Shown here: piece after piece, positions 15,760 to 24,368 of the stretch
Layout: each line of letters begins with the position of its first letter
Position numbering within the stretch: the first letter of the stretch is position 1
NCBI RefSeq assembly: GCF_000341895.1
Contig: NC_020409.1
Location: forward strand, 270,001-302,000
Length of the DNA: 32,000 nucleotides
Origin: Pseudodesulfovibrio piezophilus C1TLV30
GTDB taxonomy: Bacteria > Desulfobacterota > Desulfovibrionia > Desulfovibrionales > Desulfovibrionaceae
Reading direction: 5' to 3'
The notes under the pieces: generated by a model
The model's database searches: none
Seen by the model: only the letters and a program-made list of their open reading frames with translations
What the model was told of the DNA's origin: nothing
Made by a program: the position numbers and the translations under genes

Positions 15760-16983
15760 ATGTTTGATGCAACAAATCATATTCCGGCTGCAGAGCTTGA
15801 CCGTCGTCATCAAGCAGTTCGTTTACATCTGCAAACAGTCGCTCCTGATGCCGGAGGGATTCTCGTCTTTTCAAGGCTCAATATTTATTATCTGACTGGA
15901 ACTTTCGGTCAGGGCGTTCTTTGGCTTCCCTTAACAGGTACCCCTGTTCTCCTGTTAAGGAAAGGTGTTGCAAGAGGGCGTTTAGAATCGAGCCTCAAAC
16001 ATATATTACCGTTCAAGTCCTATTCCCAGCTTTCTTCGCTTTGTGCCGACGCAGGAAGTCCATTCACCAAAAGTATGGCCGTTGTTATGGCAGGGTTAAA
16101 CTGGCAACTGGGAAATATGCTCTCAGCCAAACTGAAAGAGCATACACTCATTCCAGGAGATCAGGCCGTGGCTCTGGCCAAGATGGTGAAATCAGAATTT
16201 GAACTTGAAATCCTTCGGCGTTGTGGAGCGTTGCATCATGAGTGTCTCTACAACATCCTGCCCGGATTGATCCATCCAGGGATGACTGAACGCGAAATAT
16301 CCCATTTGGCGTGGCAGGTTTTCTTTTCTAAAGGACATATGGGGGTTTTACGGATGCAGGCTCACGGGGAGGAATGCTTCCTTGGGCATGTCTCTGCCGG
16401 TGACTCCGGGAATTATCCCAGCGCGTTCAATGGGCCTTTGGGGCTGCGAGGAGAGCACCCTGGCTCGGCTCTGATGGGAAGTGCTTACAAAGTTTGGGAA
16501 AAGGGGGAGCCGCTCATGTTGGATATTGGTTTTCAGCTTGAAGGCTACCATACAGATAAAACTCAAGCGTACTTTGCTGGTCCTCAAGATTCAATTCCTA
16601 GTGAGATTGGTAAGGCTCATGAATTTTGTATCGAAATGCAGAATTGGGTTTGCACACATGCCAAGCCCGGGGTTACACCGAGTGAGCTTTATGCTTATTG
16701 CATTGATCAGGCGGATAAGAGAGGTTTCGGTGAAGGGTTCATGGGGCTGGATGAGAACAAGGTCCCATTTATCGGACATGGGATAGGATTGACCATTGAT
16801 GAATTCCCACCAATAGCCAAAGGGTTTGATATGCCGCTTCAGAAAGGCATGGTGATTGCTATTGAGCCCAAGCAAGGAATTCAGGGAGTTGCCATGGTGG
16901 GGGTTGAAAATACTTTTGAAATTACTTCAGATGGTGCTCGGAGTATTTCAGGGGATTCTTATGAAATGGTGCCGGTCTTTTAG
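15760..16983 (+). CDS. M24-family Xaa-Pro aminopeptidase/dipeptidase (creatinase-like N-domain plus pita-bread fold)
   Basis: Metal ligand pattern LDIGFQLEGYHTDKT (D,D), HGIGLTIDE (H), VIAIEPK (E), GVENTFEIT (E). ATG 15760 has GGGAG 7 nt upstream. Confidence 0.85.
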   Translation: MFDATNHIPAAELDRRHQAVRLHLQTVAPDAGGILVFSRLNIYYLTGTFGQGVLWLPLTGTPVLLLRKGVARGRLESSLKHILPFKSYSQLSSLCADAGSPFTKSMAVVMAGLNWQLGNMLSAKLKEHTLIPGDQAVALAKMVKSEFELEILRRCGALHHECLYNILPGLIHPGMTEREISHLAWQVFFSKGHMGVLRMQAHGEECFLGHVSAGDSGNYPSAFNGPLGLRGEHPGSALMGSAYKVWEKGEPLMLDIGFQLEGYHTDKTQAYFAGPQDSIPSEIGKAHEFCIEMQNWVCTHAKPGVTPSELYAYCIDQADKRGFGEGFMGLDENKVPFIGHGIGLTIDEFPPIAKGFDMPLQKGMVIAIEPKQGIQGVAMVGVENTFEITSDGARSISGDSYEMVPVF

Positions 16984-17120
16984 AGACACTCCCTTAGTGG
17001 TTATTCGCTGTTTCTTTCATCATGGAATAGAGGAAGAGGGGAGAGGTCTGGTTCGATTGTGTGGATCTAAAAAATAAAGTTTTTTGTCGAAGAGGATTTT
17101 TTATTACGAGCCACTGAAAG

Positions 17121-17152
17121 AGGGGCGTACGGTTTAACCGTGCGCCCCTTTT
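17121..17152. terminator. Stem-loop between the convergent peptidase and adh genes
   Basis: AGGGGCGTACGG-tttaa-CCGTGCGCCCCT is followed by TTTT on the plus strand. The minus-strand flank is weaker (CTCTTTC). Confidence 0.65.
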
Positions 17153-17154
17153 AT

Positions 17155-18345
17155 CTATTGGTAAGCCGCCTCGAAGATCGCGATGACATCCTCTTGAGAC
17201 ATTGTGACTGGCGTTATATCGAAAAGAGCTCCCATGGTTGTCAAAGCATTTTCTGCCAGCATAGGGATTTCTTCTCGGGTGACACCATAATCGGACAACT
17301 TCTCGTCCCCAAGTCCGATTTCTTCAATCAATTTGTCCAGTGCATCTAAGAATGCCACACCAGGTATATCCTCTTCCAGGTTTTCCTGGAGAGTGTCACC
17401 CATGGCCAATGCAAGGTCTCCAAGTCGTTCTTCTCCACGAGATGCGAGAAAGCCAAAGTAGGCCTTGGATATCAGTACGAGACCGGCTCCGTGGGGGAGA
17501 TCGGGGTGGAAAGCCGAGAGGGCATGTTCCAGAGAGTGTTGGGAAATGCAGGACGAGTAGGATTCACATAACCCGGCAGCTGAACTTGCCCAAGCCATGA
17601 CGGTACGCGCCTCAAGATTCTCTCCGTTTGCGACCGCTTCCGGAAGGGTGTGGGCAATAAGGTGAACAGCTTCCAAGGCAAGCATGTCACTTGCGGGTTG
17701 ACGGCATGTCGCAAGGTATGCCTCCACTGCGTGGAAGAAAGCGTCCATTCCTGTGTAAGCCGTTTGCCGCGGAGGGACAGAAATCATGAGCGCTGGATCG
17801 ACGATGGATAATGTTGGGAAAGTTGAGTCGTTGCCCCAGCCGATTTTTTCAGCTGAACCTGATTTTGTTATCACTGTCCACGGATCGGCCTCCGTACCAG
17901 TTCCGGCTGTCGTCGGGATGGCTACAATAGGTAATGCATTGCTTTGGGGTTCTTCACCGCCTCCTGTGCCGGACTGCATGTAGTCCCAATATTTTCCCGT
18001 ATTGGTCGCCATGAGAGCAATAGCCTTGGCTGAGTCGATCGTAGACCCTCCGCCGAGACCAATGATGAAATCAATGTCATTTTCACGGCAAATGGCAGCG
18101 GCCTCATCAATCATATCAGATTCGGGGTTTGGCATGATTTTATCAAAAACAATGCTTTGTACGTCCTGCTTTGATAAAAGGCTTTGAACACGGGCAAGGT
18201 ATCCAAGTTTAATCATGATACCGGATTCTCCAACCACGATCATTGCTTTTTTGCCTCGTGGAAGATGTGGACTGTCGCCCAACTGGTTCAGGGTTTCCGG
18301 TCCGAAAATGACTCTGGTGGGCATGAAATATTGAAAATTAAGCAT
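17155..18345 (-). CDS. Iron-containing (group III) alcohol dehydrogenase
   Basis: FMPTRVIFG, GLGGGSTIDSAKAIA, the IPTTAGTGTE NAD-binding motif, and downstream His-rich metal-site region HSLEHALSAFHPDLPHG. AAGGAGA RBS. Confidence 0.88.
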   Translation of the reverse strand: MLNFQYFMPTRVIFGPETLNQLGDSPHLPRGKKAMIVVGESGIMIKLGYLARVQSLLSKQDVQSIVFDKIMPNPESDMIDEAAAICRENDIDFIIGLGGGSTIDSAKAIALMATNTGKYWDYMQSGTGGGEEPQSNALPIVAIPTTAGTGTEADPWTVITKSGSAEKIGWGNDSTFPTLSIVDPALMISVPPRQTAYTGMDAFFHAVEAYLATCRQPASDMLALEAVHLIAHTLPEAVANGENLEARTVMAWASSAAGLCESYSSCISQHSLEHALSAFHPDLPHGAGLVLISKAYFGFLASRGEERLGDLALAMGDTLQENLEEDIPGVAFLDALDKLIEEIGLGDEKLSDYGVTREEIPMLAENALTTMGALFDITPVTMSQEDVIAIFEAAYQ

Positions 18346-18366
18346 TGTTTCTCCTTATGTTGAGCG

Positions 18367-20184
18367 CTACTTTTCCCACGATTCCAATATGTTTTCAAGT
18401 TGAGATTGAGTGAAAAGATCTCTCAGAACCAATGGATTTTGACTCTTTGAGCCAGTAGGGAAAAGAGCCGCAGTCGGAATGGACATGGAGCCGAGGGCTT
18501 TAAGAAGCCCCTCATTCTCCAGGTTTTGGTCCGTCATATCCACTTTTACAAAGACCACGTTGTACTTTTTCTTCCAACGAGTGATATTTTCAGGAGTGAG
18601 GACTGTCCCTTCAAGCACCTTGCAGGTAGGGCACCAATCTGCCGTGAAATCCAGGAAAAGCTTTTTCTTGCCTAATAGAGTTTGGAATTGGGGTGTAGTG
18701 AATGTTTCCCATATCTCGTCATCGACTTTTGAGGGGGTTGTCCACTGAATTATTCCAATAACGAGAACTGCGCATATGATGCGTATCCCCCATTTCCAAA
18801 GAGTCCGGCTTGGTCTCGTGCGAACCCATAGCCATCCGCTAAGAACCAACGCCCATAGTGGTCCAAGGATGCGAAGCGAGTTGCCTCCAAGCGCTATTGC
18901 GAGCAAATAACAGGCTGTTCCGACAAGAAAAAAAGCGATTCCCTTTTCAACAAACTCTATCCATGGCCCTGACTTTGGTAAAAAACGGGAAAGCTTAGGA
19001 TTAATGACCATGAGCATGTATGGAGAAGCCATGCCAATGCCAATGAAGACAAAGACAGTCATAAGGATGATTGGGCCTTGTACAAGCGCCCAGCTCAAGA
19101 CTCCGCCTAAAAAGGGGCCACTACACGGTGTCGCAAGAAGTGTTGTGAGGTTTCCGGTAAAAAAGGCCTGAACTTTGGGATTTTTGCTTTTTGAGCCGAA
19201 TTTAAGATCAATGACAGGAAGATGGAACAGTCCAAAAAGGCTGAGCGAAAGGGCAAAAATTATCCCTGCCACGCCGAGAACGAGCCATTGGTGTTGAAAG
19301 AGCGCACCCCATGCCTGGCCTGTTGCTCCAAGTACTATGGCTAGAAAGATAAAAAAAGTCAGAACCCCAAGCGCGAAGAAAATATTATGCTCTCGAAATG
19401 CTGCGATGCGGGATTCCTCATTTCCCAGTGAGCTTGAGTTGAGGAGTGCAGAGAGTTTGAGACTTACCACGGGCAGGACGCAGGGCATAATGTTAAGTAT
19501 TAAGCCTGCTAAGAGCCCCATAAGTATGGCAGAGAAGATTCCTGTGACCTCAAGTCCGGGTTGGAGATAAAGAGGAGAGAAATTCCATTGAGTGACCTCG
19601 TTGTTTTCCTGTACCTTTTCTTGTGGAGAAAGAGGGGATTCCTGCTGTTTTATTGTATTCGAGAGTTTCTGATATTGGGGCCACCAATTTTGTACTTCAG
19701 CTTGGGGTAATGTGTCGATGTCGAGAGATTCTCCGAATTGTATGTCGCGTCGAATTGGAACACATCTGGTCGGGTGGCATAGCAGAAGGTCCAAGCGGAG
19801 TTGGAAGGGGAACTGGCTTTTCGGTGGAGCCGTGGCAAAAAGCAACGTGCCATTTTTATATTTATAGACAGTAACCGATGGGTCAAAAGCATCTGAACTT
19901 TGTATCCCTTCAGGGTAGAAGGGGATGAGAGTTTTTCCATGGAGTGTCTGCCCTGAAAATTTTGTGGGTTTGCCCATGCCGCCAGGGGTATCCGCATAGG
20001 TATACCATTCGTGCTCCATTTGAATTTTCACAGTCAGTATTGTTGCTCCTGATTCTGTCCTGAATGCTTGGATCGGGAGCGTCAAAGGAGCCTTGGAAGA
20101 CGGTAATTGGGCCATGGCCGGGCTGCATGTCATGCATATCAGGATGGCTATAAACCGTTTGGTAAATTGATTGGTTAGGTTCAT
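18367..20184 (-). CDS. dsbD: Thiol:disulfide interchange protein DsbD (alpha domain, TM core, thioredoxin domain)
   Basis: Signal peptide, then an N-terminal domain with CHPTRC. The TM core carries the two conserved Cys (MPCVLPVVSLK and ATPCSGPFLG). C-terminal thioredoxin motif FTADWCPTCK. I chose Met at 20184; the ORF-track start at 20289 runs into the tRNA gene. Confidence 0.85.
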   Translation of the reverse strand: MNLTNQFTKRFIAILICMTCSPAMAQLPSSKAPLTLPIQAFRTESGATILTVKIQMEHEWYTYADTPGGMGKPTKFSGQTLHGKTLIPFYPEGIQSSDAFDPSVTVYKYKNGTLLFATAPPKSQFPFQLRLDLLLCHPTRCVPIRRDIQFGESLDIDTLPQAEVQNWWPQYQKLSNTIKQQESPLSPQEKVQENNEVTQWNFSPLYLQPGLEVTGIFSAILMGLLAGLILNIMPCVLPVVSLKLSALLNSSSLGNEESRIAAFREHNIFFALGVLTFFIFLAIVLGATGQAWGALFQHQWLVLGVAGIIFALSLSLFGLFHLPVIDLKFGSKSKNPKVQAFFTGNLTTLLATPCSGPFLGGVLSWALVQGPIILMTVFVFIGIGMASPYMLMVINPKLSRFLPKSGPWIEFVEKGIAFFLVGTACYLLAIALGGNSLRILGPLWALVLSGWLWVRTRPSRTLWKWGIRIICAVLVIGIIQWTTPSKVDDEIWETFTTPQFQTLLGKKKLFLDFTADWCPTCKVLEGTVLTPENITRWKKKYNVVFVKVDMTDQNLENEGLLKALGSMSIPTAALFPTGSKSQNPLVLRDLFTQSQLENILESWEK

Positions 20185-20218
20185 TTGAGCCCTATGTAAA
20201 AAAAGTGAAAATTTGTTG

Positions 20219-20248
20219 TTGACAAATCTGACTGTGGCTAATAGTAAT
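20219..20248 (+). promoter_or_regulatory. Sigma70-like promoter for tRNA-Lys
   Basis: TTGACA (20219-20224), about 17-18 nt spacer, then TAGTAAT. It lies about 35 nt upstream of the mature tRNA 5' end. Confidence 0.4.
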
Positions 20249-20282
20249 TCTCTCCGTCGTGCAGCACTGCACGGCACCGAGT

Positions 20283-20358
20283 GGGTCACTAGCTCAATTG
20301 GCAGAGCAGCGGACTCTTAATCCGGAGGTTCAAGGTTCGATTCCTTGGTGACCCACCA
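20283..20358 (+). tRNA. tRNA-Lys (anticodon CUU)
   Basis: Hand-folded 76-nt cloverleaf:
- acceptor GGGTCAC/GTGACCC
- D arm GCTC-AATTGGCA-GAGC
- anticodon arm GCGGA-CTCTTAA-TCCGG (one 27-43 mismatch)
- variable loop AGGTT
- T arm CAAGG-TTCGATT-CCTTG
- discriminator A, encoded CCA. Confidence 0.92.
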
Positions 20359-20373
20359 CTCTGAAATTCATTA

Positions 20374-20405
20374 ATCCCAACAACGCTTGTTTGTTGGGAT
20401 TTTTC
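20374..20405 (+). terminator. Intrinsic terminator after tRNA-Lys
   Basis: ATCCCAACAA-cgcttgt-TTGTTGGGAT followed by TTTTTC. Confidence 0.8.
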
Positions 20406-20701
20406 TTTGTCTAATTGCAAGATTGGCGTGATCGTCATGGCTTTGGTTTATCTCTTGATTCTACAAGGTTAATACTCTTGAAGGAGAAAGGGATTCTCTT
20501 TTATTCATCCACCGAGCGTATCTTTTGTATCTATCATCTACACATCTTTGATACAACGTCAATGAGAGCTGTGGGATATCAAAGAATGGCACACGTGCAG
20601 TGGGTGTATGAACTGCTTCGGTGTCTTTCTCAAACGATGGTAACGTGTTCGAAGGAAGTTGTTTTTGAGTGAGGCGTGTTGTGAACGTATTTGTTATTGA
20701 A

Positions 20702-20747
20702 AAAGCTCAAAGACAACCTCGTTTGCAAAAGGTTGATTTGAGCTTTC
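20702..20747 (-). terminator. Long stem-loop terminator downstream of the small Cys-protein gene
   Basis: AAAGCTCAAA...CAACC-loop-GGTTG...TTTGAGCTTT has a 10-bp outer and a 5-bp inner stem. The minus-strand reading ends in a T-rich run (CTTTTTCAA). Confidence 0.6.
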
Positions 20748-20790
20748 ATTGGAAATAGCGAAGCGGTGTTCGGTTTTTTGAAATGGTTGT

Positions 20791-21153
20791 CTAGCCTCCA
20801 AACCAACCTGGCGCGACAACTTCCAGAGCTTTCGTGTAATGAACTCGAAGGTCTTCCAGTTTACCTCCAATTACCTTTTCTTGTTCACCCATATTTGTCG
20901 GGCAAATTTGCTGCATCTCGTTGGCAATAACTTCCAGTTCTTTTACCGTTGATTTTATCAGGATCACAGTATCAGCAATATCATCCCCTTGGTCAGCTGC
21001 AAGGATGTCATACAGACGGGCCTTCCAGGTATTCAACTCCATTTCGAGGCCTTTGCAGTAATGAGCAACGGCTTCCTGTTTTCCAGCTTCAGTCGGGCAG
21101 CCGTCAATTCCCATGCAACTGGGGCAGGGACCAGGGTAGTCCATATTGGGCAT
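20791..21153 (-). CDS. Hypothetical 120-aa Cys-containing protein
   Basis: ATG 21153 has AAGGAGA upstream; the ORF-track start at 21192 has no RBS. N-terminal PGPCPSCMGIDGCP cluster, then a helical body. It has its own terminator. I recognise no family. Confidence 0.6.
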   Translation of the reverse strand: MPNMDYPGPCPSCMGIDGCPTEAGKQEAVAHYCKGLEMELNTWKARLYDILAADQGDDIADTVILIKSTVKELEVIANEMQQICPTNMGEQEKVIGGKLEDLRVHYTKALEVVAPGWFGG

Positions 21154-21463
21154 AGTAAGTCTCCTTTCTCGGTGGGTTGAAGATTTATCCAAGCATATAT
21201 CAGTGAGAAGAAATGGGAAAGCTTGAGATTTCTATAATAACTCACTTGGGGAATTTTATAATGAATGAAGTAAAATTTGCCCATTGATAGGATGTCATCG
21301 AAAGTCTTTTCGACACTTTTTAAGTTGTTTGGGTCCGAGAAGGAGGCTCGATATTCCACAAAAACAGTCATTCGTATTTCCCGGAATAGAGCACTTCATG
21401 TTCCCACCCTATCGGCACTGTCTGTTATGAATATTTACGATTGGAGAAGGGGGTGGAGCATGA

Positions 21464-21495
21464 GAAAACCCCATCCTCATGGAGAATGGGGTTTC
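21464..21495 (-). terminator. Intrinsic terminator downstream of the NMO-like gene
   Basis: AAACCCCAT-loop-ATGGGGTTT (9 bp) is followed on the minus strand by TTTTCTC. Confidence 0.7.
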
Positions 21496-21526
21496 TGTGT
21501 TATTGGGGAGGAGGCTTCGATCAAGC

Positions 21527-22627
21527 CTATTTTATCTTTTTTTCGTACTCGTCCTTGAGAGAATTCATGAGTTCTTTCACTGAAACAATTTTATCGACAA
21601 GGTAAGCATTGGCTCCAGCAAATGCGAAACCATGCTTGAGTCTACCTCGGTACGCGTTAACCAAGGCCTGGGCTATGCAGTAGGGGGATTTTTCCTCCGC
21701 GCAACTGTGGAGGCATTTATGAACGCATCTTTTCGGTTTTTTCAATCCAGTAGCGACAGCATCCAGAAATGCATTTTTTAAGGCTCTTCCAGGCAACCCT
21801 ACAGGGCTTTTGATGATAGTGACATCATCTTTTTGTGCCTGAACATATGCCCGTTTGAATTTTTCGTCAGCATCGCATTCATAGGTTGCGACAAAGCGGG
21901 TTCCCATCTGGACGCCAGCAGCTCCCAGTTCGAGATACTTGGCTATATCTTCACCAGTGTATACTCCTCCTGCGGCTATCACTGGTATTCCTTTATTGTG
22001 CTGTTCGCGAAATGGTGTCACTGCCTGAATAACTTCAGACATGATGTTTTCAAGCTGGTATTCAGGCTGTTCGAGTTGCTCTGCCTTGAAGCCCAGATGT
22101 CCACCAGCTTTCGGTCCTTCGACAACGAAACCGTCAGGCAGGTAATCAAATTTATTTAACCACTTTCGGCATAAGATAGAAGCCGCACGGCCAGAGGAAA
22201 CAATGGGAACGAGTTTTGTCTTCATCTCGGTTTTGACATCCTCTGAGACTTCCCGAAGATAGCCGGGAAGATCAAGGGGGAGGCCTGCACCAGAGATAAT
22301 GATATCAACCCCTTCACGCAGAGAAGTGCGTACCATATCTCCATAGTTGGTCAGGGCGCACATTATGTTAACGCCCAAAAGACCATCAGTCATTTTTGCA
22401 CGTGCTTTTCTTATTTCTTCAATGAGCCCTCGATGGTCGGCTCCTTCAGGATCTTTGGCGCGTTTTGGATCGCGCATACCTATCATGGATGTTGCTATAA
22501 CACCAATTCCGCCCTCATTAGCAACAGCGCTCGCGAGACCGGAGAGTGAAATTCCAACTCCCATGCCGCCTTGAATTATGGGCAACTTGGCAGTTAAATC
22601 ACCAAATGACAAAGTAGGAAGTTTCAT
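21527..22627 (-). CDS. Nitronate monooxygenase / FabK-like FMN-dependent oxidoreductase (NMO family)
   Basis: LPIIQGGMGVGISLSGLASAVANEGGIGVIA N-terminal signature, the GGHLG motif, and VIAAGGVYTGEDIAKYLELGAAGVQMGTRF. GAGGT RBS. Confidence 0.8.
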   Translation of the reverse strand: MKLPTLSFGDLTAKLPIIQGGMGVGISLSGLASAVANEGGIGVIATSMIGMRDPKRAKDPEGADHRGLIEEIRKARAKMTDGLLGVNIMCALTNYGDMVRTSLREGVDIIISGAGLPLDLPGYLREVSEDVKTEMKTKLVPIVSSGRAASILCRKWLNKFDYLPDGFVVEGPKAGGHLGFKAEQLEQPEYQLENIMSEVIQAVTPFREQHNKGIPVIAAGGVYTGEDIAKYLELGAAGVQMGTRFVATYECDADEKFKRAYVQAQKDDVTIIKSPVGLPGRALKNAFLDAVATGLKKPKRCVHKCLHSCAEEKSPYCIAQALVNAYRGRLKHGFAFAGANAYLVDKIVSVKELMNSLKDEYEKKIK

Positions 22628-22714
22628 GAATATACCTCATCTATAGTATTGAGTATTTCGTATGTGCGCTCAAAATATGGTCAAGTCAAGATAAACAGTC
22701 GTTTGAATTGAATT

Positions 22715-23914
22715 TTATATATGGTTGATATAATTATTGACAATCAACTCAGCGAAATACATGGAGCTTGTAAAGGCTGGGGAAATGGAGTTGAGAATAT
22801 GGATTGTATTTTCGTGCTTTTCAACGACAAAGTCCATGACAAGTTGACTGGTGCTGACATCAACCAGTTGTGGACGGATACCAACCTTGGAACAGCGAAC
22901 GAGGTCGTCAGGAGTCAGGTGCTTGACAAGCTTTGCCGCGTCAGAAAAAAAATGTTTGAAAATATATTTCTTAGGCTCTTCTTGTGCAATTCCCCGAAAC
23001 TTTGGGTTACGTATGAGCAGGTGGATATCTCTGTATAGAATTGAGAGGCTTTCAAAATCAATTCCTTTGAAGAGTCCGTAGTTTTCGCGGCCAAATGCGG
23101 GAATGGCTGTCGGTCCAAGATAAACATTGCCATGTGGACTTCTTGTAAAATGAATCCCAAGAAATGGATTTTTGATGTTGGGGACAGGGTATATTGAGCC
23201 TCGTATCTTTTGTGCTGCCGACTTTGTGAGTTGATGATAGATTCCCTTGAACGGCAAAAGACGAAATTTTTTTGCAAGACCGAATGATTGAGCCACTTTA
23301 TCGCTCAATGCTCCAGCTGCATTGATGAAGATTGTATAGGCAATATCTCCTTGATCCGTTTCGATTTGGTCGTTGCCTGGTTTTTTTTTGATAAATTGTG
23401 TTTCCCTAAAAAAACGAACTTTACCGGATGATTCCAATTCCAACTTCAGTTGAGCAATAATTGCTTTGGGATCAACGACTGCGGTCATGGGAGAAAAGAG
23501 TGCCCGTTCAAAAGTCTTGGCGTTCGGCTCTCTTTCTGCGAGCTGCTTTTCATCGAGCATTTCCACGGTTGCACCATTGGCTTCTGCTCTGCGTTGTAAT
23601 TCATCAAGAGTGGTCAGTTCTTCTTCATTCCGAGCGACTATAACTTTACCGGATTTAAGGATGGGGAGACCGTACTCTTCGCAATACGCCTGCATACGTT
23701 GGTTACCTGTTAGGCACATGTTAGCCTTGAGTGTGCCGGGATCATAGTAGATTCCGGCGTGAAGCACCCCACTGTTTCTCCCGGAAGCATGGCATCCCAA
23801 CTCTTTTTCCTTATCAAAAATGATAATATCATCTGCTCCGATCTTAAGGAGTTCTCGGGCTAATGTGAGCCCAATTATCCCCCCCCCGCAAATGACTATT
23901 TCCCCAGAAAACAT
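22715..23914 (-). CDS. FAD-dependent oxidoreductase, L-2-hydroxyglutarate oxidase (LhgO)-like
   Basis: IVICGGGIIGLTLAREL dinucleotide fold plus HASGRNSGVLHAGIYYDPGTLKA, which closely resembles the LhgO/DAO-family signature. AAGGA RBS. Confidence 0.75.
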   Translation of the reverse strand: MFSGEIVICGGGIIGLTLARELLKIGADDIIIFDKEKELGCHASGRNSGVLHAGIYYDPGTLKANMCLTGNQRMQAYCEEYGLPILKSGKVIVARNEEELTTLDELQRRAEANGATVEMLDEKQLAEREPNAKTFERALFSPMTAVVDPKAIIAQLKLELESSGKVRFFRETQFIKKKPGNDQIETDQGDIAYTIFINAAGALSDKVAQSFGLAKKFRLLPFKGIYHQLTKSAAQKIRGSIYPVPNIKNPFLGIHFTRSPHGNVYLGPTAIPAFGRENYGLFKGIDFESLSILYRDIHLLIRNPKFRGIAQEEPKKYIFKHFFSDAAKLVKHLTPDDLVRCSKVGIRPQLVDVSTSQLVMDFVVEKHENTIHILNSISPAFTSSMYFAELIVNNYINHI

Positions 23915-23927
23915 GAATTTTATCCTT

Positions 23928-24290
23928 TTTTCAGCAAGTTGAGGGCACTTTCCTCATCCGTTTTTCTTATCATGTGGGTTTGGACAATGGCTGTGATGAG
24001 CACTTCCTCAATCAGCCAGACATCGAGTCCGGGACGAATATATCTATTATGACTTCTACACCTCGTCCCAATGATGCATGCATATGAAGTGTTGGTGCAT
24101 TTTCATCATCGATAAAAAGGAGCTCTGTCCCCCAAAAAAATGTGCTTTACGCAGGATTTCATGATCGGTATAATAATTCTCACCGCATTGACGGAGCCAG
24201 CGACAATCTTTCCCATATCTACTTCGCCAATCAAGGTACAGAGTGCTGATCGGATATCATGTTCTCTGACAAATTATTCGGTACAATTCG
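23928..24290 (-). pseudogene. Possible decayed gene: protein-like reading frames broken by frameshifts and stops
   Basis: Minus-strand fragments read, in order:
- ...DMGKIVAGSVNAVRIIIPIMKSCVKHIFLG
- TELLFIDDENAPTLHMHASLGRGVEVIIDIFVPDS
- LDVWLIEEVLITAIVQTHMIRKTDEESALNLLKKG*
They lie in frames b, c, b. The first shift coincides with a T7G5 homopolymer (plus strand C5A7 at 24129-24140). I recognise no family. Confidence 0.25.
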
Positions 24291-24368
24291 GGATGTGTTT
24301 TCCATCTTCAAGGCGCATGGTGGACACTCGGCTAATTGAGCCACCATGCTATTGCATATTGTTTTTCC

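Noticed and set aside
15680-15874. ORF-track N-terminal extension of the CoA-binding protein
   Set aside because: It would overlap the divergent peptidase gene start by more than 100 nt. The internal Met at 15679 has an AAGGA RBS and lies just ahead of the conserved domain.
20185-20289. ORF-track N-terminal extension of dsbD (start 20289)
   Set aside because: The extension overlaps the tRNA-Lys gene and its promoter and adds an Arg-rich non-signal sequence. Met at 20184 begins a normal signal peptide.
20415-20672. 85-aa TTG-initiated ORF downstream of tRNA-Lys
   Set aside because: It has no RBS, a rare start codon and an implausible sequence.
20283-24368. Possible genomic island integrated at tRNA-Lys
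   Set aside because: The segment has no integrase, recombinase or phage genes. I could find no direct repeat of the tRNA 3' end by eye, and the genes (NMO, LhgO) look metabolic.
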